Positions 9,354-18,371 of a DNA stretch of 64,000 nt are shown here, in pieces (the first letter of the stretch is position 1; every line of letters begins with the position of its first letter). This stretch comes from a virus: the IMG/VR virus record IMGVR_UViG_3300032770_000005, positions 88,858 through 152,857 of that record. One strand, written 5' to 3'. The notes beneath the pieces are model-generated. The model was not told the origin of the DNA, ran no database searches, and worked only from the letters and a program-made list of their open reading frames with translations. The translations under genes and the position numbers were made by a program.

Positions 9354-10192
9354 GGACCTGCCCCCATGCGCACGATGCCTGGCGCAGGCGCTCGGAAATC
9401 GCCGATGGGCACCTCGCAGTGCAGAGGCAGCGCGAGCTGGCGCGACAAGTGCGCGCTCTCCCGCCCCGCATCGAGACGCTGCCACAGCTTTTGACCGAAG
9501 ACCTCGCTCACCGCGGTCTCACCGCGCAGATAGATGTCGTCGAACGAATCGAAGTGCTGGAGCAGCTTGACCGCGGTGTGGTGGCCGATGCCTGGCACGC
9601 CCGGAATGCCGTCGCTGCTGTCGCCGACCAGCGCAAGGTAGTCGACGACGTGATGAGCCGATACGCCCAGGCGCTCACGGCAGACCCGGTTGTTGACCAG
9701 GCGCTTCATGGCCGGGTCATAGACGCCGCGCACGCCGTGCACGCCGATCCACTGCCAGAGGTCCTGGTCGATGCTCACGATGAGCTTCGGCACGTCGCGC
9801 AGGTCGTGGTGGCACACGTAGGCGCCGATGATGTCGTCCGCCTCGTACCCGTCGATGCGCACGACGGACACGTCGAGGTCCGCCAGCGTCTCGTAGAACC
9901 GCGGCGCCTGACGCGCGAAGACCGGCAGGTGAGCCTTGCGCCCCGCCTTGTAGCCGTCCCAGACCTCGCACCGCTTCAGCGGCGCGAACGAGTCGCCGAC
10001 GACCACCATGCGCGTGGTGCGGAGGTCATCCATCGTCCGCGCCAGCATCACCCGAGCGTGCTCGATGAAGCGCGTGTTGTCAGGATCGACCGTCGGCGCT
10101 CGCGCGCCGTAGCAGGCGTACATCGCACGATGCAAGAACGAAGCGACGTCGACCAGATGCAGTTCGTCGGGCACGTGTAGCTCGTCGGACAC
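9350..10192 (-). CDS. 5'-3' exonuclease / flap endonuclease (PolA N-terminal-like)
   Basis: LVD..FLHRA, YKAGR, GYEADDIIG, SIDQDLWQ, LVGDSSDGIPGVPGIG. Confidence 0.9.
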   Translation of the reverse strand: MSDELHVPDELHLVDVASFLHRAMYACYGARAPTVDPDNTRFIEHARVMLARTMDDLRTTRMVVVGDSFAPLKRCEVWDGYKAGRKAHLPVFARQAPRFYETLADLDVSVVRIDGYEADDIIGAYVCHHDLRDVPKLIVSIDQDLWQWIGVHGVRGVYDPAMKRLVNNRVCRERLGVSAHHVVDYLALVGDSSDGIPGVPGIGHHTAVKLLQHFDSFDDIYLRGETAVSEVFGQKLWQRLDAGRESAHLSRQLALPLHCEVPIGDFRAPAPGIVRMGAGP

Positions 10193-10200
10193 GGAGTCTC

Positions 10201-11070
10201 CTACTGCCCGACCGGAGCCGGCGGAAAGAGCGCCGGCCAGCGTGCACGTGCGACCTCCTGCCACTTCCGTGCGAGGCGCTGGAACTCCCCATCCGCCGCC
10301 GGCGAGCACCGCTCCGCGAACAGCTTGTTGAGCGCGATGGGATTGGTCGTCCACAGGAACGACGTGCACGCCTGCATCGGCAGAAGGCCCGCCGCGGCCT
10401 CGTAGATGCGCTTGCGCTCGATGCCCACGGGAGATCGACCATGGGCCTCGAAGAACGCCGTCGTCCTGCCCGTGATGAAGCGGCGGTACGCGTCGTAGAA
10501 GGCCTGACAGTGCTTCTCGTACGGGTCGAGCAGGTCGTGCTCGACGTAGTAGGGCGGCACCGCGAAGTGGCCCGGATGGAACGTGTAGCGGGTGCTCTCC
10601 TGACTCGGCGAGCCCTCCTCGGTGCGGTCCGCGCCCACGTAGTGGCGGATCAGCTCGTGACTGACCCGCCGGCTCACGCCCGCGATGAAGAAGGTCATCT
10701 TCGCGTGGTAGGCCGTGCTCGCATGAGGCAGGGACCCCGCCTCGGCGGGAAAGAGCATGTGCCGCACGTACTCGACGTTCGACTTGCGGCCAGCCCGCAG
10801 ACCGTAGCTGTGGTAACAGCTGCGGCCCGCCAGCTCGACGAGCAGTTCGTTGTCGGTCAGCGCCCGGGCGGCTTCCTTCCCTCCGTGCGGGAACAGCGCC
10901 ATCGCGCGGTCTTCCGCGTCGGCGGGCAGGTCCGTAGGCACGCACTCGGGCCGGTAGTCGCGAACCCAGTCGAGCAGCTGGTTCATGCCCTCGGTGTCGA
11001 GGGCCATGGACGCCACGACGAGCACCGTCGGCTCGGTGATGAGCCGTACGGCGCCCTCCTTCTCCGCCAC
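10201..11070 (-). CDS. thyX: FAD-dependent thymidylate synthase
   Basis: ELAGRSCY, GVSRRVSHELIRH, SQESTRY motifs. Confidence 0.9.
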   Translation of the reverse strand: MAEKEGAVRLITEPTVLVVASMALDTEGMNQLLDWVRDYRPECVPTDLPADAEDRAMALFPHGGKEAARALTDNELLVELAGRSCYHSYGLRAGRKSNVEYVRHMLFPAEAGSLPHASTAYHAKMTFFIAGVSRRVSHELIRHYVGADRTEEGSPSQESTRYTFHPGHFAVPPYYVEHDLLDPYEKHCQAFYDAYRRFITGRTTAFFEAHGRSPVGIERKRIYEAAAGLLPMQACTSFLWTTNPIALNKLFAERCSPAADGEFQRLARKWQEVARARWPALFPPAPVGQ

Positions 11071-11074
11071 GGGC

Positions 11075-11473
11075 TCAGCCCTTCGGATAGTACTTGGTGG
11101 CCCGCTTGACGCCCTTCTTGCCGATCGTCTTGCTGCGGAGCAGCTTCGCGATCGGCAACGTCAGGTCCTTCGTCGGCATCGCGAGGCCCGTGCCGATGGC
11201 CTCGATGCTGGAGCCCGGATGCGCCTTCACGAACGCCGCGACCTTGCTGACCGTCGCCGCGATGACCTTCGGGTCCCGCTTCTGCCCGAACGACGACGAC
11301 TGAGCGCGGGCCTGGACGTGGGCCTTGCCGTTCGTGCCGTTCGCGTGCTTCGGTGCGCTCGCGCTCACGCCGCCGAGGCCCTGGGCCACTGCGTTGAGCA
11401 CCTGATCGCGGATGAGCGCCTCCAGTTCGTTCACGAACTCGTCGAGCTTCTGCTTGATGTTCATCGACTCCAT
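11075..11473 (-). CDS. winged-helix DNA-binding protein (myxobacterial type)
   Basis: KRDP..FVKAHPG..IEAIG..L..TKDLTLPIAKLL..KKGVKRATKYY; AAGGAG RBS. Confidence 0.7.
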   Translation of the reverse strand: MESMNIKQKLDEFVNELEALIRDQVLNAVAQGLGGVSASAPKHANGTNGKAHVQARAQSSSFGQKRDPKVIAATVSKVAAFVKAHPGSSIEAIGTGLAMPTKDLTLPIAKLLRSKTIGKKGVKRATKYYPKG

Positions 11474-11513
11474 GATGTGTCTCTCCTTGACGCGCCCCGG
11501 CGCGGAAGGTGTG

Positions 11514-11542
11514 ACTGTATGGCTGCTTGACTCAGAACGCAA
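11514..11542 (-). promoter_or_regulatory. sigma70-like promoter
   Basis: TTGCGT-17 nt-TACAGT upstream of the 11473 start. Confidence 0.45.
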
Positions 11543-11632
11543 GGCTCAAGAGGCGAAAAACACGCCAACAGGTCGACGACGATGTCACGGTCTTTCAAGG
11601 CGCCGCGCAGCCTCTCCCGCCATCGGGCACTC

Positions 11633-11668
11633 GTCGCAGGCACCAAGCCCACGCGCTGGCCTTGGCGA
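11633..11668 (-). repeat. solo copy of the CRISPR-like repeat
   Basis: gtcgcaggcaccaagcccacgcgctggccttggcga, intergenic, same orientation as the main array. Confidence 0.65.
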
Positions 11669-11734
11669 ACAACACGACCCCTGATCTTCGGTCACCTCGG
11701 CGCGGTCTTCCAAGGCGCCGCACGGCCTCTTCTC

Positions 11735-12253
11735 CTATGCGCGGTAGCGGCGTGTGCCGCCTTGGAGCAGCTGCTGCAACGCAGGATCGTCCGAACGGGC
11801 GATGATCTTGCGCTCACGCGCATCCCGGTTGCGCTTCATGCGACCGCAGATACCGGCCCGGAGATCGCCCACCGCCTCACGCGCACGGACCGTCGCCTCT
11901 GACGTGATCACGACCTCGTCGGCCGGCGGTCGGTTCGCCATCTTCGTGAAGTCGTCGACATCGACCAGCGTGAGGATGCACGGCGAGAACGCATACGAGA
12001 CCACCCAGGTGCGCGCATGGTTCCTCAGTGGCAACGCATTCGCGTCGCCGTAGACGGAGCCCTGGCCCTCGTGCGGCCCAAGCGCCTCGGCGAGCCAGGC
12101 CATCTCGGCGACGACCTGCTCTTCGCCACACGCCCGAAGGCTCACGAGCACGATGGTGCCGTGCTCGAAGAGCCACCACCGTACATTGGCCGCGCGACTC
12201 GGTGCGGCGCTGAAGACCTCCTGCGCGATCGAGATCGCCTTGCTGCTGTCCAT
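11735..12253 (-). CDS. hypothetical protein
   Basis: GAGGAG RBS, in operon. Confidence 0.65.
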   Translation of the reverse strand: MDSSKAISIAQEVFSAAPSRAANVRWWLFEHGTIVLVSLRACGEEQVVAEMAWLAEALGPHEGQGSVYGDANALPLRNHARTWVVSYAFSPCILTLVDVDDFTKMANRPPADEVVITSEATVRAREAVGDLRAGICGRMKRNRDARERKIIARSDDPALQQLLQGGTRRYRA

Positions 12254-12280
12254 GTGTTGTCTCTCCTCGAACTCGGAAGA

Positions 12281-12814
12281 CTAGCGATCGATCAACCAGT
12301 ACCGTTCGCGTAGGCGCGGCGGCGTCTGACCTCGGGGCAGCTCGCGCGCTTCGTCCCATGTCCAGCCGCGAGCCACGCGCGCATGGATGCCCTGCCGCGT
12401 CAGCGTCGTCTTCACGACGGCTTGCTGCGGCGCGAGGGCGCGGCTAGCGCGGTCGTTCTTGACGCAGGTCACGCAGCCCTGAAGACCCGTGCGGCGCCGT
12501 CGTCGCAGGTAGCGCATCGACGCGGTGATCTCGGCACCGCACTTCATGCAGCGCGCGACCACGATGCGGCTACGCTGAGCGAAGTCGTCGGTGTCGCGTA
12601 AGATCTGCCAGCCGTTGTGCTGCTCGCCTGCGTAGCGCCGCCGAGCCCTCGGGCCTGATGCCGCGCAGCTGGCGCATCGCTTCGTCATGTGCGAGCGCAG
12701 GTTGCCGCGCACGACGAGCGTCTCACGGCCGCAGCTGCACCGGCAGAGCGCTCGGGCGCCCGAGGCGTACGGCTGTAACACCGTCCACTGGCCGTACCGC
12801 TCGCCCGCGAGCAC
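12281..12814 (-). CDS. Cys-rich protein resembling N-terminal repeats of phage HNH/AP2 endonucleases
   Basis: GERYGQWTVL..CRCSCG..GNLRS..CASC, partially repeated; no HNH catalytic motif seen. Confidence 0.55.
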   Translation of the reverse strand: MLAGERYGQWTVLQPYASGARALCRCSCGRETLVVRGNLRSHMTKRCASCAASGPRARRRYAGEQHNGWQILRDTDDFAQRSRIVVARCMKCGAEITASMRYLRRRRRTGLQGCVTCVKNDRASRALAPQQAVVKTTLTRQGIHARVARGWTWDEARELPRGQTPPRLRERYWLIDR

Positions 12815-12815
12815 G

Positions 12816-13106
12816 TCAGACCGCGCCGTCGACGCCGTAGCCGTACGGCGTCTTGATCCAACCGTCGTCGCCGTCGAGAACGGCGTACACGACGACCCGC
12901 CGCTCGCTGTCGCGCTCCCAGGCCTGCGCGTGACCATCTTGGCGCCGCACGACGACACGGGGCACGCGCAGCTTGTTCAGTGCGTACTGGGCCGCGGCTT
13001 CCTCGGTCGCAGCGGTCACGAGCAGCACGCTACCGCGCGAGCCCCACGGCGTGGCCTGCCAGGTCGCATGACCCACGCGACTGACCTTCACTCCTCGACG
13101 AGCCAT
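12816..13106 (-). CDS. hypothetical protein
   Basis: GAGGGAG RBS, in operon. Confidence 0.55.
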   Translation of the reverse strand: MARRGVKVSRVGHATWQATPWGSRGSVLLVTAATEEAAAQYALNKLRVPRVVVRRQDGHAQAWERDSERRVVVYAVLDGDDGWIKTPYGYGVDGAV

Positions 13107-13124
13107 ACGCGTCTCCCTCTTTCC

Positions 13125-13712
13125 TCACCACTTCGAGAACGACTCGAAGGGCTGATCGCGGTGCACGTACAGCGGATGCCGAGGGGCGCCACTGTGCACG
13201 CGCCCAAGGCAGAGCACGGGCACGCTGCCGGCTACCAAGCGACGGTGCACGTCGCGCTCGTGCTCGTGGCCGAAGCTCGGCCCGCTCGCGCCCCACGCGC
13301 AGACGATCGCGTGCACAGACGGGTCGTGCAGCACGAGGGTGAACTGCGCGTCGTTCTTGGGGCCGACGACGCGTGAGATCCAGTCGATTCGATCGAGCTG
13401 GCTCCGCTCGACGGTGTGGTGCGGCTCGGGCGGCGGCGAGCGCAGGGCGGTCGGCGATGGCGAGCGCAGGGCGTAGAGGTTCAGGACGATCAGCCCGCCG
13501 CAGCCCTCGCGCTTGGAGAAGCCGATGCAGCGACGGATCGTAGGATCGTCGGTCTCCGCGTCCGCCGTGCTCGGGTTCAGCATCACCCACACGAGCACCT
13601 TCGCGGCAGGCGCCCACATACGCCAGAGGCGATAGCGGTACTCGCCGTCGATGATGGCGCCGGAGAGCGGCGGCGGCACGGTGGGCGCTGGCTCGGTGAC
13701 ATCGAGGCCCAT
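13125..13712 (-). CDS. DUF1643 family protein
   Basis: YRYRLWRMW, VMLNPSTAD..DDPTIRRC, VLNLYALRS, CAWG, PRHPLY. Confidence 0.9.
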   Translation of the reverse strand: MGLDVTEPAPTVPPPLSGAIIDGEYRYRLWRMWAPAAKVLVWVMLNPSTADAETDDPTIRRCIGFSKREGCGGLIVLNLYALRSPSPTALRSPPPEPHHTVERSQLDRIDWISRVVGPKNDAQFTLVLHDPSVHAIVCAWGASGPSFGHEHERDVHRRLVAGSVPVLCLGRVHSGAPRHPLYVHRDQPFESFSKW

Positions 13713-13714
13713 CG

Positions 13715-14149
13715 CTATGCCGCCGCTTCCTGCGTGCCGACCACGCCGTCGACCATCACCAGCGCGCTCGGAGGCGCGAGACGGTCTGCCTGCCGCGCCA
13801 TGAGACGGCGCCAGGCCCAGAGCGGCCACTGCCACGGCACGCGGGGCAAGGGTTCGGACTGAAGTCGCAGCGAGACGTGCAGGTCGGTGCCCGTCGGCAC
13901 CATCATGAACGAGTCGAAGCGCATGAAGCCCATGGTCCGCTCGCCGGACGGGAATACGGCATCGCCCGGAGCCGTGGCGAGCACGATCTCCTCGCCGATC
14001 ATCACCGTGACCTCGATGCGGTCGAACACGCGGTAGCCCTCGCACGACATCCGGACCGCGATCAGCGCCATCGCCTTGTCGGTCAACAGCGAGAACGAAT
14101 GCTCGCGCTCTTCGTCGAAGCTGACGGGGCCGAAGTGCAGCGACGCCAT
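13715..14149 (-). CDS. hypothetical protein
   Basis: ORF in operon; start uncertain (14149 or 14176). Confidence 0.5.
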   Translation of the reverse strand: MASLHFGPVSFDEEREHSFSLLTDKAMALIAVRMSCEGYRVFDRIEVTVMIGEEIVLATAPGDAVFPSGERTMGFMRFDSFMMVPTGTDLHVSLRLQSEPLPRVPWQWPLWAWRRLMARQADRLAPPSALVMVDGVVGTQEAAA

Positions 14150-14172
14150 CCTGCCGAACGTGCGCTGAGCGC

Positions 14173-14727
14173 TCACGGCGTGACCCGCAGCGCTGCTGCC
14201 TGCCGAGCCAGCTTCTCGGCCTCCGCGACCATGTACTCGATGGTCCGGTACTCCTCCGGTCGGCGGCTCGCGCGAAGCCTACCGTAGCCAGGCCGCGTGA
14301 GGTCGAACGGAGATAGATCGAAGGCGTGACATGCATCGAAGCCATGCCACCACACATGCTCCGGCTCGCCCGGTCGCGCGACGTGGCAGATGTGGCCCGC
14401 GCACTCCGCGGAGTACGTGATGCCGCCGTGGACCTTCGGGTGGCCGCCCTCGACCCATTCGGCGTCCACCAGGCTGACGCCGTGCCACGGATGACCGGGC
14501 TCCACGCCGACGTAGCCGCACAGGTGCCAGCTCTCGGCGTGCCTCACGATCAAGCACGGGAAGCCGTGGGCGCGCCACTCGACGCGGTCCGGCTCGTGCG
14601 TCCACGGGCCCGCCGGCATCACGGCCCGCACGGCTGCGGGATCGCGCGATGCCACGGCGCCCTCCGGCAGACGCGGGGACAGGTTCTCGTGGCCAAGGTT
14701 CTGATCGACGGGTAGGCTCTGGGTCAT
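14173..14727 (-). CDS. conserved phage protein (CGYV..VHGGITY..GFD family)
   Basis: HLCGYVGV..HPWHG..VHGGITY..WWHGFDACH; start may be 14619. Confidence 0.7.
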   Translation of the reverse strand: MTQSLPVDQNLGHENLSPRLPEGAVASRDPAAVRAVMPAGPWTHEPDRVEWRAHGFPCLIVRHAESWHLCGYVGVEPGHPWHGVSLVDAEWVEGGHPKVHGGITYSAECAGHICHVARPGEPEHVWWHGFDACHAFDLSPFDLTRPGYGRLRASRRPEEYRTIEYMVAEAEKLARQAAALRVTP

Positions 14728-14865
14728 GACGACTGTCAACGTGGGCTGGAAGTACGCAACGTTCGCGCTCGGTGGTCTCGTGGTGGCGCAGTACTTCTGG
14801 TGGGCGAAGCGATGCCCGCAGGTCCTGCCGTGGAACCAGTAGGCTCTCGCGTGTGTTGATACAAC

Positions 14866-14885
14866 GTGTCCGACACTCACGTCAA
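14866..14885 (-). promoter_or_regulatory. putative -35 box (TTGACG) with adjacent palindromic operator GTGTCGGACAC
   Basis: same arrangement recurs at 19833-19851. Confidence 0.5.
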
Positions 14886-14903
14886 GGGCCACGTCACGCG
14901 TTT

Positions 14904-15165
14904 TTGCGCGAGCCAGCGCGAGGGCTTGGTGCTCGCGACAACGATCAGGTCGCACAAAAGCCCTCGCCGGGGCTTCGTGCCGGCGACGTCGAGGAGGTTG
15001 GCGCGTTGATCGCGAAGGGCCGCTCAGTGCGAGGCCAGCGCGGGGGCCGTTGTGCCTGCGACGATTCCCTCGGCGCGCTCTCGGCGTCAAGCCAACGCAG
15101 GGGCCTGGTGCCTGCGACGCGCGGCGTCTCCGCGAGGGCCTGTGCGAGGGCTTTGTGCTCGCGAC
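14904..15165 (+). CRISPR. mini-array D: 5 degenerate repeat copies
   Basis: copies ~14904-14939, 14952-14987, 15026-15062, 15083-15118, 15130-15165; irregular spacers ~11-38 nt. Confidence 0.7.
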
Positions 15166-15224
15166 CGAGGATGCTCGCGATCGAAAACAAGCCTCTTAGC
15201 CGGCCAACGAAGGGAGCCTGAACC

Positions 15225-15509
15225 ATGCTGATCGTCCACTATGGAGCCCCCAGCCCGGACACCGAATACCCGCGCATCCCGCCCATTCTGACCGACCCGC
15301 GGCCAAACACCGTGACGCCGGGACCAGCGACGCCGGAGCCCGTGGCGCCGAAGCCGGACCAGATGCTCGCGGCGCTGACGAAGCGGCGCGTGCGGGTCGC
15401 GGTGAGGATCGACGAGGCCGGCCGCGTGCACGTGCGGGTCGACGGTCCATTCGGTCTGGCCGCCGACGTCTCGGGCGAGAAGTCGATCACGATCGAGACC
15501 GAGGTCTGA
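15225..15509 (+). CDS. hypothetical protein between repeat clusters
   Basis: AGGGAG RBS, 94 aa ORF. Confidence 0.6.
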   Translation: MLIVHYGAPSPDTEYPRIPPILTDPRPNTVTPGPATPEPVAPKPDQMLAALTKRRVRVAVRIDEAGRVHVRVDGPFGLAADVSGEKSITIETEV

Positions 15510-15695
15510 GCCGTGGCCCGCGCAGGGGCCTCGTGCCTGCGACCATACCGAGCACCGGCACTCGTGCAGCCGCAGGGTCGGTTGCGAAGCCTGCGCAGGG
15601 GCCAGGTGCCTGCGACAAGTTGTACGACACGTACTTCCCGCGCGAAGTCGGGACGTGTTGTTGCGAAGCCGGCGCGAGGGCTTCGTGCTCGCGAC
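15508..15695 (+). CRISPR. mini-array E: 3 repeat copies
   Basis: 15508-15543, 15581-15616, 15660-15695; spacers 37 and 43 nt. Confidence 0.75.
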
Positions 15696-15765
15696 CGCGG
15701 CTGCCGGGGTAGGCGCATGGCGTCGGCCAGCTGCCAGCCGTGACTGGCTCTGTTAGGCTGCGCTC

Positions 15766-16506
15766 ATGACGTACGCGTGTGGAGCGGTGCTCGATCCGGT
15801 CTGCGACCCCTGGACCGGCGAGATGTACCCGAACCCCTGCGAGGCCGAGGCCGCCGGTGTCTTCGACTGGCAGCGCTCGTGCGACGGCGGCTTCGACGTC
15901 GACGTCTGGGGCCCCGGAACTATCGACTGGGGCTGGTCAGGCGCACCGGGGCTCGTCCGACGGCAGCGGCGGCGGCGGCGGCACGGCGGAGGACGCCCTG
16001 GCCGCCCAGGCGGCAAGCAGGCGACGCTGACGCCCGGTACGCTGACGCCCGGTACGCCGATCGGCGGACCGAAGACCGGCTCAGGCCGCGGCTTGCAGCT
16101 CTCGGCCGGGCCTGCGTCTGCTCCGCGGTCTGCTGGCCCACTGGCGCCGCTGTTCGAGGGCTCCGACCTCACGCCGAGCGCAGCGCTCGCGCCCGCGCCG
16201 ATGCGGCTCTCTGCGACGCGTGGTGCCGCGCCCATGGCGCCCGGTTCCAAGCCGATGAGCTTCAGCGGTCTACGCCGCAGCGCCGGCACTCTGCGCGGAC
16301 CGCTGTCGGCGGGGGCGCGGTACGCCAGCGCCAGTCGCAGCCTCCGGCCGGCCTCGCTCGTCAGTCGTGGCGGGCGCGTCGCCGCCCGCGGCATGCGCGG
16401 GCTCGGCCAGAACACGACCACGACGCTCGCGCTCGGTGGTGCCGGCATCGGAACGTTCGCGGCGCTGTGGCTCGCCGCCATCTACCTCTTCGGCCGGAAC
16501 CGGTGA
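15766..16506 (+). CDS. membrane protein with N-terminal Kazal-like motif, GLGQ motif and C-terminal TM
   Basis: CGAVLDPVCDPWTGEMYPNPCEA; RGLGQN; TM then GRNR. Confidence 0.6.
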   Translation: MTYACGAVLDPVCDPWTGEMYPNPCEAEAAGVFDWQRSCDGGFDVDVWGPGTIDWGWSGAPGLVRRQRRRRRHGGGRPGRPGGKQATLTPGTLTPGTPIGGPKTGSGRGLQLSAGPASAPRSAGPLAPLFEGSDLTPSAALAPAPMRLSATRGAAPMAPGSKPMSFSGLRRSAGTLRGPLSAGARYASASRSLRPASLVSRGGRVAARGMRGLGQNTTTTLALGGAGIGTFAALWLAAIYLFGRNR

Positions 16507-16528
16507 GCCAGGCCAGGAGGCGCTCGTC

Positions 16529-16933
16529 ATGACCATCAACAGGCTCGCGGTCCGACCGGCGGCAGCGTCCCTCACGAAAGAGCTGCTGGAGCAGCTCGAC
16601 GACGGCCTGCTGATCGCGTGGCGCATCTCGAACAGCCGGCTCGACTGGTCGATCATGAACCGGCCTCCGTCGATCCAGGACCACGCGCTCGCGACGGCGC
16701 TCGTGTTCGCGATGCCGAACTACAAGCTCGTCATCGACAAGAAGATCATGCGGCCCGAGAAGATCCTGCGCAGCGATGGCCGCGAGGTCACGTACAACGA
16801 GTACATCGACGTCGACTTCACGGATGGACGGATCCGCTCGTCGCGCAAGCGGGACATGACTCAGAAAGTGCTGGCTGCCATCGTCCACCAGCTCATGCAG
16901 AGCACAGCGCCGATGCCTGGCGTTCGCGGCTGA
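16529..16933 (+). CDS. hypothetical protein
   Basis: AGGAG RBS; converges on the array. Confidence 0.65.
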   Translation: MTINRLAVRPAAASLTKELLEQLDDGLLIAWRISNSRLDWSIMNRPPSIQDHALATALVFAMPNYKLVIDKKIMRPEKILRSDGREVTYNEYIDVDFTDGRIRSSRKRDMTQKVLAAIVHQLMQSTAPMPGVRG

Positions 16934-16966
16934 TTCGGCCGAGCTGCGTGCCGGCATCGACGTGAA

Positions 16967-18352
16967 GTCGCGGGCATTCGGCCCCCACGCTGGCCTGACG
17001 GCGACGGCGATGACCCACTGCTGCGCCATGTCGCAGGCACGATGCCCCCACGCTGGCCCTGCAACGCGCACAACGCGCAGTACAAGCCGATGGCGCTCGG
17101 CGTGGCTCGGCGTGTCGCGAGCACCAAGCCCCCGCGCTGGCCTCGCCTGCATGACGATCTGCACCGAGTGCTTCTGCGTCCATCCGTCGCGGGCACTCGG
17201 CCCCCGCGCTGGCCTCGTAACAAGGGCTCTAGCTGACCGGTCAGCAGGACGACGCGCAGTCGCAGGCACGATGCCCCCGCGCTGGCTCTTCGAGACGCCG
17301 TCTCGGCCTTCCGGTCGCAGGCACCAGGCCCCTGCGCAGGCCTCGCAACAACTACACGCGAACCGAGCGCCTTCGCATATGCGTCGCGAGCACAAGCCCT
17401 CGCGCTGGCTCAGTCGTGGAACTGCATGTCGCGGACACCAGAGCCTCCGCGCAGGCTCGATCGTGGTCGCTCGGCTTGAGCGCGAGCCGGGCCTTCTCGC
17501 TCACTTCGCGAGCACCAAGCCCCCGCGCTGGCTTCGCGACTACGTGGATGCGGCCGCTTCCCCTTGGTCCAGCGCCAGGTGCAGGCACGAGGCCCCTGCG
17601 CAGGCCTCGCGACGTCCTCGTCATGAACACCAATCTCGCGGACACGCAGTCGCAGGCACACGGCCCCCGCGCTGGCCTCGCGACGCATATGATCGGCGCT
17701 GGTACGCGTGCGGCGACCTCCAGTCGCAGGCACTCGGCCCCCGCGCTGGCCTCGCGACGCTCCGGCGCGCCGCGTGAGCATCACGACGTCGCGCTTCATG
17801 TCGCGAGCACTCGGCCCCCGCGCTGGCCTCGCGACCGGCAGACCCGGGCGATGGTAGTGCTGCACGATGACGTCGCAGGCACACGGCCCCCGCGCTGGCC
17901 CCGCGACCAATGAACGGTGCCTTGTGGGCGGCCACGGGTCCCAGAGTCGCAGGCACACGGCCCCCGCGCTGGCCTCGCGACCCGCACAGCAGCGCGTTGA
18001 ACGCGCCGCCCGCGAGAAAGTCGCAGGCACACGGCCCCCGCGCTGGCCTCGCGACGGCACTGCTCCGGCGCATGGGCTTCTGCGAGGAGCGCGGTCGCAG
18101 GCACACGGCCCCCGCGCTGGCCTCGCGACCGCGTCGCTGGCCACCCGACACGCATGTATGTGCCTCCCGGTCGCAGGCACACGGCCCCCGCGCTGGCCTC
18201 GCGACGCACGTCGTGCACGGTCGGCGTTGTCGTAGTTCTCCTGTCGCAGGCACCAGGCCCCCGCGCCGGCCTCGCGACTAGAGGATCTGCGTGCGAGGAA
18301 CGTTGTCGAAGAAGGAGTCGCAGGCACACGGCCCCCGCGCTGGCCTCGCGAC
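16967..18352 (-). CRISPR. CRISPR-like array, 20 repeats / 19 spacers, no cas genes in window
   Basis: 36-bp repeat (+ strand GTCGCAGGCACACGGCCCCCGCGCTGGCCTCGCGAC) at 17649, 17723, 17800, 17872, 17946, 18020, 18094, 18170, 18243, 18317 with unique 36-41 nt spacers; more degenerate copies at 16967-17613, suggesting a leader on the right and - strand transcription. Confidence 0.9.
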
Positions 18353-18371
18353 GGACTGCTCGCATCGGCCG

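Noticed and set aside
18279-18316. Newest spacer (NVPRTQIL) as self-targeting the MCP (QPRTQLF)
   Set aside because: Only a 4-residue resemblance; no nucleotide match
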